Source: Octopus sinensis
Taxonomy: Eukaryota
Direction: 5' to 3'
Assembly: GCF_006345805.1 (NCBI RefSeq)
Contig: NC_043001.1
Span: forward strand, 620,001-684,000
DNA length: 64,000 nt
Part shown: piece after piece, positions 26,338-40,425 of the stretch
How positions within the stretch are numbered: position 1 is the stretch's first letter
Layout of the letters: each line of letters begins with the position of its first letter
Translations under genes and position numbers: made by a program
The notes under the pieces: model-generated
Database searches by the model: none
Told to the model about the DNA's origin: nothing
What the model saw: the letters and a program-made list of their open reading frames with translations, nothing else

Positions 26338-28879
26338 ACTCTTTTTATTATAATTACTTCTCTGTGGAATTCTAATGGAAGATCCTTCACTGTCCTTTTT
26401 TTGGTTTTCAATAATCTTTTATGGTAACTATGTGATGCTGTTTTTAAGGGAAAATTTTCAGACAAAATATGTTCTTTGAAGGAGAAACAAAAGATTTTCC
26501 TTCAGGTTCCAACTTCTATATTTCATAAAAGCAATCACCACAGAGTGGAGGCAAGCTGCTGGTAGTATGAGTCTTAGAAAACAGGCTGGATTTCAACTTT
26601 ATTTCATTAAATCCTTATTTTTGTTATTTCTGACCAGTGTACGCTGCTCGGATAAAGATGGACATGAAACAAAATGTCAGTGTTGAAAGGAGGACCATTC
26701 TCCAATTCACTTATGTCATTGGGTTGCATAAATGTCATTCGTGTAATGATTACAAAATATTTTCATTTCATTTATTTCTTCAATGTCATTTTTCATTTCA
26801 AATATTTTGAAATCCTAACAAAAACAAAATAAATTTTTTCCAGAAATGTTCAAATTTACTGATTAAATTCCTTTTAGCTTTTCCATTGATAATTAGTTTT
26901 AGCTATTCAGCTGTGGCCACTCTGGAGCACTGCTTGTGATTTTAGGACTGATTTTCTAAAATAAATAGCAACTAGTGTTATGAAAATTGTTTGGATTCAA
27001 GGAATACATGAAATTATTTCTGAGTTGGAATCTTCTCTGTGTCTTCTATTGCAATGTGGATAAGGCCTCCTCCTCCTCAGACCCACTTGCCAACTTCTTT
27101 TTCATCATTCCCATCACTGAATAACACTTTCAAGATCTTGCTCTAAATATTTCATTCAGCCTTTTCTTTCCCGTGTTTATTAAACTGACACAGACCAACA
27201 ACAATTCCACCAATAATGTTGCAGTACAACACCCTCCCTTTCTGAGCAGCCTATAACAAACCCCAATTCAGGAATATTGTGAAACAAGAGACATATTGCT
27301 TCTTCGATGATTTCAATCTTTCTTCGTTCACTATTTAATTTTGATTCTAATTTGGAACTAAGGACTTTTATTTCTCCAAGAATGAAGAACTGGTTTCTTA
27401 ATAATTCTGACTTGCTCTTGTGTTTTAATTTGTCACCTTTTTTTTTCCATTTAAATCATTCCAGGTTTTCTCATTCAGTAATTAGTGTGTCTACAACAGT
27501 AACATAACTTTGCATTCATAAATCATGGAGCCACAAGCCAACCTCACCAAAAATACTTACAGTGATATCCTTAAAATTATTTTGGTTATAAATGTAACAG
27601 ACTAGTTGGAACATTACATCTGCCATCAGGATATTTTCTGTATTTCCTGATCCAGCCTAACTGCATATTTCATGCAATTCTTTGAGTTTTCTCATCTTCT
27701 TTTTGGTTGATGTGATGGATGAGATGGTAAAATGGAAGGGAAATTAAAGTTTTCAACTTCGTAGAATTTGTGGAAAAAAAGCAAAAAAAAAAGCTTAAAT
27801 TGCTTATATTTCAATCGGGTTTTGCTATTCCAGGAGATGCCATTTCTGTGGAATGATGATGAAGGTTGAAGGGGAAAATATATAAAGAAATAAAAAGATT
27901 GAAAGAAAAAGACAAAAGGTGAAGAATGTCATTGGGAAGACATTAATTAAAATTTCACCATTTACTCTTGGAGACTTGAGAATTTCTCTCTGCTGACAAT
28001 GATTAGAACTTGACATAAAAATCATAGAAGTAAGTCGATCTTTTGGGGCTTAACTTAATTGTGAAAGAACATATCGGATATATTTAGTGCCAATTAGAAT
28101 TTTCCTTATTATTTTCTTCTCATTCTGTAGTTTTATATCTATTTGTTTTCTTTTTTGGAAGCAAAAATGATGGAATGTATTTTTCAAATTACATCATCAT
28201 CATCATTGTCATTATTGTTATCTGCTCGATTTTTGATGTTGGCTTAAAATGGATAGATTTTCTGGGGTAGTGTTTTACAACCAGATGCAATTCCTGTTGG
28301 CAATCCTATTAGTTGGCTCTTATGTTACACTGGGATGTCATGCATCTACTCCAAGACTGAGATATAATTTGAGAATAAAACACACACACACACACACACA
28401 TGTTGCTAAAATGTTGCTGATATATCTGATGCAGGAAGCATTAAAATGCTAAGTCTGCAGAAGGATAAAGAAAAAAAAGTTATTAGTTGATGACAAACAT
28501 TATTTTCAGTTTCTGAAATATTTCCAAAATTGTTTCCTGTAATTACTGGACAATATAATATTAGTCTTTGGCTAATATCATTCTTTCTTGTTAACCTTTT
28601 AATGCTCCCTGCTTTGAACATGCTGAAGTAACTAAAACAGGTATTTTTTACGGTATCTGGATATCAGAGGTGTTAAAAAAAACCCAACCAATTTTGTCCA
28701 TAAAATTAAAATTTAAAACCTGTGTTTTAATAAATTACATAAATACAAGCAGGGTTGAATTATTCTGTAAATTTAGATAATCACATAAAATAGGCTGTAA
28801 TTTTTTAATTAACCTGATTTCATTAGGTTTGTAATTGCAATCTAAATAAGAGAAAATTGCTCTATAACAAATTGCAATG

Positions 28880-29312
28880 CATCATCATCATCATCATCAT
28901 CATTTAGCATCCGTTTTCCATGCTAGCATGGGTTGGACGGTTCAACTGGGGTCTGGGGAGCCCGAAGGCTGCACCAGGCCAGTCAGATCTGGCAGTGTTT
29001 CTACAGCTGGATGCCCTTCCTAACGCCAACCACTCCGAGAGTGTAGTGGGTGATTTTATGTGCCACCGACACAGGTGCCAGACGAGGCTGGCGAACGGCC
29101 ACGCTCGGATGGTGTTTTTATGTGCCACCGACAGGTGCCAGACGAGGCTGGCAGACGGCCACGCTCGGATGGTGTTTTTATGTGCCACCGACACAGGTGC
29201 CAGATGAGGCTGGCGGACGGCCACGATTGGATGGTGTTTGTTACGTCCCCAAAGCACGGAGGCCAGTCTATGCGGTACTGGCTACGGCCACGTTCGGATG
29301 ATTTTCTTGTGT
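28880..29312 (-). mobile_element. RTE LINE 3'-end fragment with three ~62-bp units
   Basis: Nearly identical to 44988-45730 but with 3 rather than 8 tandem units. Confidence 0.9.
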
Positions 29313-29625
29313 GCATAATTTCGCAAATGTATTTTTATTTATAAAAGCAAAAGAATTGAAAAAAAAAATCTGCTCCTGTGTTCTTTATTATTTAGCTTAC
29401 ATTTACATAAATAACCATGCAAAGTTATAACGAGGAATGGACATAAAAAGGTTAAAGATGGAAGAAGGATATTTGAAGAATTAGCTGCATTATCTTAATT
29501 GAGACTTTGTTTTTAGTTACAATATATTTTCTTCTATCAAATACTCTTTTTTCCTTCAATCACTCTCAACATTTTTCTTGACTCTGCCATCTCTAACCCT
29601 CATGGGGTATAATTAAAATATTTAC

Positions 29626-29658
29626 CTCAGATAAGCTGCCTGGTTGACTATCAAGATT
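29626..29658 (-). other. candidate 33-nt frame-preserving microexon (NLDSQPGSLSE)
   Basis: Minus strand reads gtttcttctcaatttag|AATCTTGATAGTCAACCAGGCAGCTTATCTGAG|gtaaat in non-repeat sequence. Splice signals only. Confidence 0.25.
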
Positions 29659-30063
29659 CTAAATTGAGAAGAAACAAACAACAGCTTTGCTTCTACTAAT
29701 TAGTTCTCGTTTTACAACTAAATTATATTTTTACTTTTTTAACTGTCACTCAACACCATGTGTGCCTTGTTTTAAAAATTTACTCAACAACTCTAATGAA
29801 AGGACACTTTTTCTTTTTTCCTTTCTTACTTTCCAGTTAAACTTTTTAAATCCATCTTGGTTTTGGACTGGGATGGGTTGACATGTTCAGCAAATGGAGA
29901 TATTTCCATGCTTTTGCAATTTGAATCTTACTTTTTGAATTGATCCCTGCCTAATGGTTTCCGCAGCTCCTAATTGGCAGCAATACAAACTTGTTAGTCA
30001 TTAGTTTCATTAAACATACTGTTTCCCTAGCTCCAAATTGAGTGAGAGTGTGTGACAGAGAGT

Positions 30064-30101
<38 letters not shown>

Positions 30102-30289
30102 GTGTGTGTGTATGAGAGAGAGAGATACTCATTTATATAAAAGAGTACTGTATTGTTACGAGTAAGTAGAGTTCATCAGATCCTTGATGTTGTGCCTGTT
30201 TCTGCATTTGGGCCTTTACCTTTTCCCACTCCGTTTATTAGGTTATAAAACAAAGAGAACCTACAGAGACACAAACTCAGTAACTAAGC

Positions 30290-31130
30290 TGCAGGCTGAC
30301 AAGTAGTTTGGTAATCTAAAGTATTGTGATCAAATCCTCTTAAAGGGCTACAGAATATAAAGTGATCGAGAAGGGCAACAATAATTACATTTAATATGAA
30401 TCTGGGAAGACTCCTGTAGTATTGATTGAGATATTTAAAGTATAAGGCTATCTTTGGAGAAGATAATATTCTGGTACCTAGGCAAGAGAGGCAGGTGTAC
30501 ATTGTTGGATGAAATGGAAAAATCTGAAACACAAGGAAACCCTAAATTACAAACAAACAGGGCCCCATATACTAATACCCTGGCAGCCCAATAATTTATC
30601 CATTCAAACATTCTACACTTAAGCCTTATCCTTCTTATTAACTCTTTTAGTTTCACATAATTCTTATAATCAACCTGTTCAAATAATCTCTCTTCACTCC
30701 TCCCTACCACTATCATTATTATTGCCCTTCTTTTAACTCTGTCTATAAAGTACACTTGCTGCCTGTTGGCTTTCCAGATGGCTCCTTATACACTTGTCAG
30801 TTAGTACAGAATGTCCTCCTATTTATTCACATACCAAAGGGTCTAAGCGTTATCCTATCATTGACTCTCTTCTCAACACAACTTATCACTTCAAGTGACC
30901 CATTACCAGCATCCAGGTTTCTTTTTTTACATATTTTCCCCCTCATATGGATTAGATTTCCTGTGTTGGTGCATATTTTATCTGCATCTGTGCATCTATG
31001 AGCTGTGCAGGCTGCACAGTGTACACGTGATAGAATTTCTATCAATTCCTTTTGATGGCCCCCATGATAAGGCCAAATATTAAAAGCCTCATATCTAATG
31101 AATAACTCCCTATATACTTTCACCAACTAT
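30290..31130 (-). pseudogene. ancient R4/Dong-like RT remnant
   Basis: KELIRRIRLKCRMFEWINYWAARVLVYGA resembles the R4 motif KEY.RRVRKIL...AINTWAV.V.RYGA. Highly degenerate. Confidence 0.4.
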
Positions 31131-32367
31131 TTCTGTTTTCCCCTTTTAATATCTTCAATCTTTTACTCATTTCAGCCATCTGGCTCTGGTTAGGCTGCAG
31201 TACCATCAAGTTTCTTTTATTTTCTTTATTTAATTTTGATTCTTGTTAACTTGAGTTGAAAAGTTCAGGAAATAACTCTTGTATGAAAGATCTATATTTT
31301 GTTACTTATTTTCCTTTGGGCCTAGGAGTCTTCTAAAGCTAAACAACAATGCATAGATGATAACAGTGCAACGTTATTTATGTACAAAACCACGGAATGG
31401 TTGTGATGACAAACTTTGACTATACAACCTTTTACCCAGTGGTGCCAACCATTTAACAACTCCACCTCACAAACATAAGATACATGACTTACAAAAAAAA
31501 AAAAACTCTCAAAATATTGCTTAGGCCCTGTTTAACTCTGACTGAGCAGAATTAATGACATTCTAACCATGACAGTTCTGTTTTTTTAGTCATACATTAT
31601 CTAAGGGGGCTTCTTTGCTAAATAATTTTTTTAACAACAATTTTTAGCAAGTCCAGTGACCACACAGAGCCCCACCTTTCACATTGACTTGTACAGTCCT
31701 TCTTTTTATGTTCCAAATAATATTCTAGAAGTGGTTGTTGTTGTTGTTTAAACCAAGGTCAGTAGACTCAGGAAAAAATCTTTTTTCTATAATGGTTGGA
31801 TGTAGTGTGAGAAAGATTTGATTGCTATTTCTAGTTTATTTGGCCTCAAATCAACCCTGATTGTGTGGACCAATGGCTAAAGACTCTCAGTCCATAACTG
31901 TCATTTCTTTTTCTTATTATGTTATAATAAGTCCTTTACTTTTTTAAGTAGAATCTTACTTAAAAGAGCTCTGATTGCTATTTCTAGTGAGTCAACCAAC
32001 TACATAGACGTTCCCTAACTGGTTTATATTTTGAGATTAGATTATAAATGAGAACCCCAGTGATGAAGTTGATGCAATTTTGGATAGGCAGCCTGTGATA
32101 TTATTGGTGTAATAAGAGTATATCTACTGGAGGGGGTGGGAGGCTGTAACACTGTTTTGTTGGCTTGTAGTGTTAAGGGAAAAGCTAGCTGTGATAGTCT
32201 AGTTCCTATCCAGGAAATATGTATATCTCTCTTCTACTTTATGCTACAGAAACAATTATCATTGAGATTAACAGACATATAAACTCTCTTCTGTTCTTTT
32301 CGCTATAATATTGCACCACTTCTTTCCCATCACACACACACACATTTATATACATAAACAAACAGTG

Positions 32368-32409
<42 letters not shown>

Positions 32410-33046
32410 ATTTACATAAACAAACAGTGATATATATATATACATATATACACACACACACATGTATATATGTAAATGCATATTTATGTACATAAACATA
32501 TAAAACGATATTCATAAGCATAGAGAGAAACATAAATGAATATACAGTTATAAAACTATACTGTAAACACACATTTACACAATGAACACACGTGTCCATA
32601 TGCTAATGAGATAAATATAATTATACACACAAGTGTTTATGAGTGTATATATCTAAGTGAGAGACATTTGGAAACAGCTGTTGGTATTAATTAGTTAATC
32701 ACTGAGCTTATCTGATAAAAGAAGTCACAAGAATATACAACAACAATTTTCCAACTAATTTTTATTCGACTATTGTCTATTTGAATGCGATTAACTTGAT
32801 ACATAATTTACAAAGATGATATTACAATCATAACTGTTGTGGTGGTGATGGAGGTGGTGGCGGTGGTGGTGGAGGTGATGGAGGTGGCAGCAGCAGCAGC
32901 AGCAGCAGCAGTTATAGTGTGAATGATCTAGTTACCATTTGATGGTTCCAGATGACAGTTGATCTCTCACACTTTTTTATATTCCAGCTGCTGACTATCT
33001 GTTTGTGTATGTATAAACACACACACACACGCACACACACGCACAC

Positions 33047-33108
<62 letters not shown>

Positions 33109-33216
33109 CTACGTACAGAAAATAAATGACAGCCTGGCTGAGTGGTTAAAAGTTTTGCTTCCCAATCAGGAGGTTGGGGATTCAATACCACAGTGTTCGA
33201 CAGCTTGGACAAATGA

Positions 33217-33467
33217 CTTGTAGTATTCTTTGTGATGACTTATATTTTTTGCTCGATGTTTTAGGCACTGAGCAATCCCTCTTTTTACACTGTATGAATG
33301 GTGGGATTGAAGTTGAGGAATCATCCAGTGAAGGTTGGCTTGCGGGTTACGGATGTCCTGAATCCATACTTGGTGTGTGTTATTAGTATGTCCAGGAATG
33401 CTAGCTGATTGTCTTTTTCCTTTTCCATTGTGAACTTTATGGATGGCTTTATTGAGTTTACATGATC
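33217..33467 (-). mobile_element. Penelope-like element, C-terminal RT/thumb fragment
   Basis: DHVNSIKPSIKFTMEKEKDNQLAFLDILIT...FRTSVTRKPTFTG*FLNF...KRGIAQCLKHRAKNI. Confidence 0.85.
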
Positions 33468-33469
33468 AC

Positions 33470-34245
33470 ATAATTGAGTTCACGCAAAGATACCAAAAGC
33501 TCAGGGAGATGAACTAAGGTGGAAAGTGAGACAGGTACTAGAAAAAGCAAAACTTCCTAAACCAAACATCACTAAGTAAGAAAGTTCGTTATCAAAAGAC
33601 TACAGAGTGACAATTCCCTCATAATACTTCTAGCAGACAAGGGAAATTCTACAGTGGTGATGAACAAGTTTGACTACTCTGAAAAGTTGGCAAGTCTTAT
33701 AAGTGATGGTAGCTACAGTAAAATAAAGAAAGATCCAACTCTGAAAACAGAGAGGAAGTTGTCACAGATCTTGACCAAGAACAAGGATCACTTTACACCA
33801 ATGAAGTACAGACAACTGACTCAACACTACAGTAAACTACCACACATGTACGATCCCCCTAAGATTCACAAGAATGGTATTCCATTAAAACCCAAAATGA
33901 ACTGTAGCGGTTTAGTGTGTCATCCACTGAGCCGCTTCCTTGTGGATGTAATCAGTCCATTAGTAGGAAAGTCAACATCGTACGTGAAGCATTCCACCCA
34001 CTTCACAGAATTGATCAAGGATACCCCCATTGAATCCAACCAGAGGGTGAGTCTAGATGTGATAAGTCTGTTCACCAAAGTCCCAACTGATGAAGCACTA
34101 TCGGCAATTCAAGAGAAATTAGTGACAGACACCCATTTAAAAGAACGCACTAGTATACCCATAAGAAACTTGATGGAAATGTTGACCTTCTGTGTAGAAA
34201 CTACCTGTTTCAGTATGGACACTGATATATATCAACAAGAGCAGC
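33470..34245 (+). mobile_element. Penelope-like element, N-terminal RT fragment
   Basis: KPNIT, IILLADKGNSTVVMNK.DY, LPHMYDPPKIHKNGIPLKP, VSLDVISLFTKVP, YQQE (ORF 33654-34280). Confidence 0.9.
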
Positions 34246-35255
34246 CATACTGGAGCACTGCCAAAAAGAATTTCAGTTAATTACATTATATTGACCAGCA
34301 CTTGAGAAAAGGTAAGTTGTCCTTTTAGCATAAAAGAAGATGACTTCTATTAGGAATTTCTCTTTGGTACACTTCAAATCCAACACACACACACGTGTCT
34401 ATATACACATATCTGCTCAACACAATTACAATATCGAAACCCATAACATACATACAAAGCACGAATATGATTATACAGAAGCCAGTAAGGGAAAATCTAA
34501 GTGGCCTCACAACCTACTGGAAATAATAGTTACATCTCTCTTAAATCATAGCTATTTCTTAAAATAGTGGAAGGACTCACTGAATAATGTAGTCCTAGAT
34601 ATACAATATTTGAAACAGAGATACGACAGTCATAGCTGGAATGCTTTTGATCAGAAGCGATCAAGAACAACAGCAACAATCAGTGCCTCTTTTATGTTTT
34701 CACCAAACACAACATTCATATTGATATTTTAAAAACAGGAAGGATTCATTGAATCATGTAGTCATAGATGATGATGATGATGATGATGATGACAACACTG
34801 TCATTTTTGTTAATGAGCAACCAATTATTTGATCTGCTGAACAGTCTAATCATTAAAACTTAACATGTGGCTTAGTATTCCAAAGTTGACCACTCTTGTG
34901 ATTTTTAGGTTGAATCAGTATACCCCAATAACTGGGACTTTGGAACCATGTGCAAGGCCTAGCCAACAAATTTGCACCTCAGTTTACCTAATTTCACTTA
35001 AAAGACTTGAAATGGCAAAAGACCCGAGTCTCAAGATGCCATCATGTAGGAGCAAATGCTTTTGTCACTTCATGAGTGTGTGGCAAAGTTCTTCCTAACT
35101 CGACCGTGGTGGGATCCAATTTTTGGAGAGAGTGACACTGTGTGAGGTTAAAAAGACAGGTTGTAATACTTTTAATTATAGATATGTTCTGAATGACATT
35201 GAACTGGGACTAAAATGCAGTATCAAATATAGTGGAGCAAACATGCACTCACACA

Positions 35256-35311
<56 letters not shown>

Positions 35312-36499
35312 TCCGTAATAAGTGGAAACAGGTTGCTATTTATGGTAGCTGAATAATCATGTGACCAGTAAATATTCTCTGCTGAATAGCTTTATTGATT
35401 TTTCTCTAATACATTGAAACTATTGAACGATAGAGGAAGAGGTAGAATGGCAGAGGGAGTTAAAAATGAAAAAAAAAGATCAAACATACCACAATTACAA
35501 ACTGATCAAAATTAAAGCTGTTGGCATTCCATGTAGAATATTATTATTTACATGGAATCCCAACTGCCGCAACCAGATCAATTTTTTCCACTGAAATTTC
35601 AAGCAAACCAACTTCAGTTTCTGATCTGTGTGCTTTTTATGTGCTTTTAGGAATTTTCTCCCTTAAGATTCTACTTCTGTTTATTTTATTTACTCTGGTT
35701 TGTTTTATTTTAATGCACTCATTAGTATAACAGCTTTTGAAAACTGTAGAGATTTGCCCAAGAAATTGTGGCAGCCACACATTTCACAGTTGAATGCATT
35801 GCCATCTGCAAGTCATACAACTATGAAATGCGATCCACTGATAGAATTTCTATGCCGTTACTTGACCTTTGGGAAATAGCAGCTAAATTTCCTACTAATC
35901 ATACCCTACCATCTAAAAAATGAAGGCAAACTCCTTTGAACAATTCTGTCCCTGATATTCAAAATAATTTATCAAAGAACAATGGACCGTCAGGGCTGGA
36001 ATGCTTTAAATCCAATCTCTGCTGAATCAGGGCTGAACTTTGCAGTAAATGACATTAGGTTATTTATGTGTTTAATAGAAACCCTTTTTATTTTATTTTA
36101 TGTTTTTTTTTTACTCAAAACAACTAAAATGAAAGCTAATTGTTGTGTTGCCATGGTTAGCTCTGATGGTATGGTCTAATGACCCTTTGGTCTTCAGTCA
36201 AATGATTGGTGTCATCCCCGTTTACCCTCAACCATGTCTATGCACAGCTAAAGTTTGCAATCAGCTCAGAATGTAAATGAAATGGTGTGCACCAAAGTTC
36301 AGTTGCTTAAAATAATGCACTAACGAATAATTATAATAAAGATTTCCTAGTTAAATATTTTTATTGGCTTGAATATACTTTGCTGTTCATTTCTAATAAA
36401 TCACAGTTTCACATTTGTCCAGGCCCTCTTTATGCACAGAAACCAGTAAAAAGGAGAGGAAACATGTTAATATGGTGCATAACATCTCTATCCAAATAA

Positions 36500-37980
36500 G
36501 TAATATGTTAGTGTTTACTTGAAACACAGTAAGATATTCATATGAGATGTGGCATGACAGCGTGGACAGTGTTGTATTATCTCTACTGACCAGTCTGTTT
36601 CAATAGCCTCGATTAGATTCTGATTGTGGTCACAATAGAGACAAACATGATGACCTTTGTCTGAATGCAATATTTTCTGTTCCTCTGTATTTAAAGTTGG
36701 TGATGTGCACTGCAGTATGGTGTTTGGGAGCAAGGAGTTATGACACTGCAGCTATTTTCGAGTGAGAAATATCGTTGTAGGAATGATGTTCTCTGAGTGT
36801 TTGCAGGTAATTTTACATGTGCCAGCTGAGATTGTGATAACAGACTATGCCACTTACATATCTAGGTGGGTGGTTATTCTTAATACTATTGTTTCATTGT
36901 GTAGGCGATCTAATGGTGCAATTTGTAATGATATGAACTGCCCTATTCTGTGTAGTTTGTGGTGAAAAGATTGGTGGCCCAGCTGGGGCAGAGCTGACAG
37001 AGTTTATGATGGAACTAATGGATTGCTTGTACATAAATGTTGTTTGTTTCTTTTTCCCAAAATGTTGTATCTGTGAGTAGCTTCTGGATGTTTAAGTATC
37101 ATTCCCCCCCCCACCCCAATTTTTATTTGGCCTTTGGTGTGTGCTTTGAATGCTGTCAGACTGGCGTACAGATCTTTTAATATTTTTGTCTTCATGTCAT
37201 TGAGTGAGACGACTGGTTGTAGTTGGTGTTGTTTGTTTGAGAGAGGATAATGGATTTGGTAAACACTACTTTTAAGTTAATTATTTTAAGACCTGGTTTC
37301 TAGATAATTGATGAGTGGTTTGTTAGTTGAATTGCAGTATCTGCAGAACCATGTGAAATGTGAAGATGTGAAAGGACTGGACAAAGCAACAGATCTTTGT
37401 AGTACCCCATTTGGGAAATTGTGAGTTCTGAATGTATTGTTAGTCTACCCCACAGATTTTGTAATCTTTAAAGTGATTTATTGGCCATCATTTTGTACTG
37501 TTATATTTTATTGTAGAGCAGGAAATGTAGTTTAAAGCTTTGACGATGCCTGTAGTTTGTATTTTTTATGTGCTTTTATTTTTGTTGTAGTTGTTATTTA
37601 TTGTCTCTGTCAAGTTCCTGAGCAACAGTCAAACGGAGTGGCTTGAATCTATGTTGTAACTTGGAGAGGTGTATGTGTAGTTAGTGATATCATGATTGAA
37701 TCTTCCTCAAATTATTGAGGGCTTACATGAGAAAATGATGGGTCTGTGTGATAACAGTTCACTTAGGCTTTTGTTGACTTTCACAATTATTATGATTTGG
37801 ACCAGTTTTCAGAATCTAGCAATCCATCAGTAATTGTAAATGTCAGTGTTGGGCATGCTGATTGTTTTGGTGCTTTAGGGTTGTAAGTCTGTGATTTTGT
37901 CAAGATATTCAATAAAGTGATTGCAAAGGGAGTACAATTGAAGAGTAGAGAAGACCCTTTAGTTTTAGTGAGGATATGAC
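36500..37980 (-). pseudogene. decayed I/Jockey-group LINE RT and C-terminal zinc finger
   Basis: Minus-strand fragments NGVLQRSV (cf. GVPQGSV), QTTQNRAVHIITNCT, LDRLHNETIVL and CPRCHATSH. Confidence 0.55.
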
Positions 37981-38819
37981 AACCTCTTTGGAGCCAGTGC
38001 TATGTTAAAACACACCCAGAATGATGTATGCAACCCATGCTAGTACGAAAAGCAGACATGAAAATGATAATCATGATGATGAAGTATATTTATAAGAGTC
38101 ATTTAGGAAAGAGACTTTTTACATTAATGTCCAATTACAGAGAGGCATCTGGCTTAAGCCACTTTGTCTTGAGAGTTAATCCTTCCTCCAAAGAAATGTA
38201 TCCATTTTACTGACTTATTTCTATTTGCACTGTTGACAAGAGACTGTACATAACAACACATATGGATCAATTCAAAAACTGGGAATCGTTACAGGTTTAG
38301 ATTTTCTGGTTTTATTCAATGAAAGTTAATCTAAAATTATATATTGATTAATTTTCAAACTGCTGTTTAGTCAATTTAAGCTAAAATTAAAGAGAAATAT
38401 AATTAACTCTGTTCAAATAAGTAAATATATATGTAAATAAAAATGAGAAAAATGAATACTAGGTGTGTGTGTGTGTGTGTGCGTGCACGCATGTGTGTGT
38501 GATGTGTAGGTTTTAAACTTATATAGAGATATATTAAAACCAAATTAATATTATCTGATAAAGAACTCAATGCATATAAAAGAGTTAAATCATCTTTTTT
38601 ATATAAAAGTTGATAGCATCTTTAAAGTTTTGAAAAGCTGAAATATATTTTGTTAATTAATTCTTCATTATAACTTTTAAAAACAACCCGTTGGCTTTTT
38701 GCTTCAAGACTGTTTACTGTGAATAGCTTTCAGTTATTTGTTGCCTCTTACTGTTTGTGTGTTCCGCTTTATCTTCTTTATCTCTTACTCTGTCACTCTT
38801 GCAATATTATCTCCGACAG

Positions 38820-38849
38820 AATGGTGTCTTATCCAAGATGGTGTTCATG
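38820..38849 (+). other. candidate 30-nt microexon
   Basis: Long pyrimidine tract, then ctccgacag|AATGGTGTCTTATCCAAGATGGTGTTCATG|gtaagc. Splice signals only. Confidence 0.25.
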
Positions 38850-40109
38850 GTAAGCAATAGCCACACAACATGTCTCTTTGTTTTAATTCATACACAGTTT
38901 CTGGCTCTTAACATTCTGAGCATAAATTCTGCTGTGGTCACTTTAGCTTTTATCCTTCTAAGATCAATAAAATAAAGTACCAGTCATGTACTGGGGCTGA
39001 TATAATTGATTATACTTCTCTCTCTAAATCTTCAAAATTGTGCCTCTATTTTAGAAACAATTTTTTGTCATCGTTCTTTGTCATTGTTCAATGTCTTTTT
39101 TTTCCATGCTGGCACAGGTTGCACGTTTCGCTAATCAACATGATCAGTTGATTAGCAGCATCATGCTCCAGTGCTTGTTATGACATGATTCCAGTGTTTG
39201 GATGTCCTGTCTAACACCAGTGCAAACTGGCTGCTTTCTTCAGAGAGGTTGTTGTGTATGTGCTCACACATGTGTGTTTGTATCACAGTAGTTGAATAGC
39301 CATTCCACATTTGTACATCAACTGAAAGGGTTGGCAATAGGTGGGGCATTGGTGAGACTAGTCCAGCTAATGCCAGTATGGAAAAGCTAATACAAAATAA
39401 TTGAAATGATACATAAAAATAATTCTAAAAGATATAATCAAAAGAAGAAGGGTTCTACTCATAATCCTTTTACAAGGTTCCCATACTGGAACAGGAATTA
39501 GTTGAGCCCAGACTAGAAACCTGGCTGAAATGTCGGTCATTAACTGGACTCCACTGAAGATCTGCAGTGTTAGCTCGGTTACAAGAATGTAATCGAGCTA
39601 ACACAGGCTGTCAAGCAGTTGGGGAAACAAACACAAAGTATTAAACAGGACAACAAATTAAACCTATTTCCTTCCATACCATTTTTGATTATTCAAGATA
39701 TTAGTTGATATAAATTTACAGTGAAAGACACTTGTACTGGGTTTTATGCACACACACATACACACACACAAATATGCACACACACAAACACATGCACACA
39801 CACACACACATACATACATACACACACATGTATATATACACATGTACACATACACATAACTGCATGCACAATTATAGAATTATGATATTACATTTTGTGT
39901 ATCTGTCATAGTATTTGGCAAAATTTTGTGGAAATAAAAAAATTTAAAAACTTTTATGAAAATATTGTCAAATTTTTAGAAATTTCATAAGAATTTTATC
40001 ATTAAAAAAAAAAATATTCTAGAAATTTTGTAGCAATATTATAGAAACAATTTTTTTTTTTTTTTTTTTTTGCAGAATGTAAATTTTGTAGAAATCTATC
40101 TTTAATTTG

Positions 40110-40425
40110 TTCCAGTGAGTGAAGTGTGACTTTGCTGGAGCACGACCTTCATCAGAACTTGGTTGTTTTTAAGTTTGGCATTTATTGTTAGTCTCTTTGG
40201 TGAAATATTAAGTTACAAGAATATAACCAAGCTAACACTGGCTGTCAAGTAGTTTGCAGAAACAAGCTCAAAGACACACATTCATGATGGGCTTCCATAT
40301 AGTTTCCATCAATCCAATTCCCTTACAAGACATTTGGTCAGCCTGGGGTTGTAGTTGAAGACATTTGCCCAAGGTAGCATACCACAGTGGCACCGAACCC
40401 AAAATGATGTGGTTTTAAAGCATAC
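40110..40425 (-). mobile_element. degenerate CORE-type tRNA SINE
   Basis: gaagacatttgcccaaggt, accgaaccc and gctggagcac motifs are the reverse complement of the 54525 family. Further copies near 3185, 50970 and 56125. Confidence 0.6.

Noticed and set aside
34277-34318. Strong donor AAG|gtaagt after the Penelope ORF
   Set aside because: Lies at a repeat junction with a poor acceptor; probably chance.
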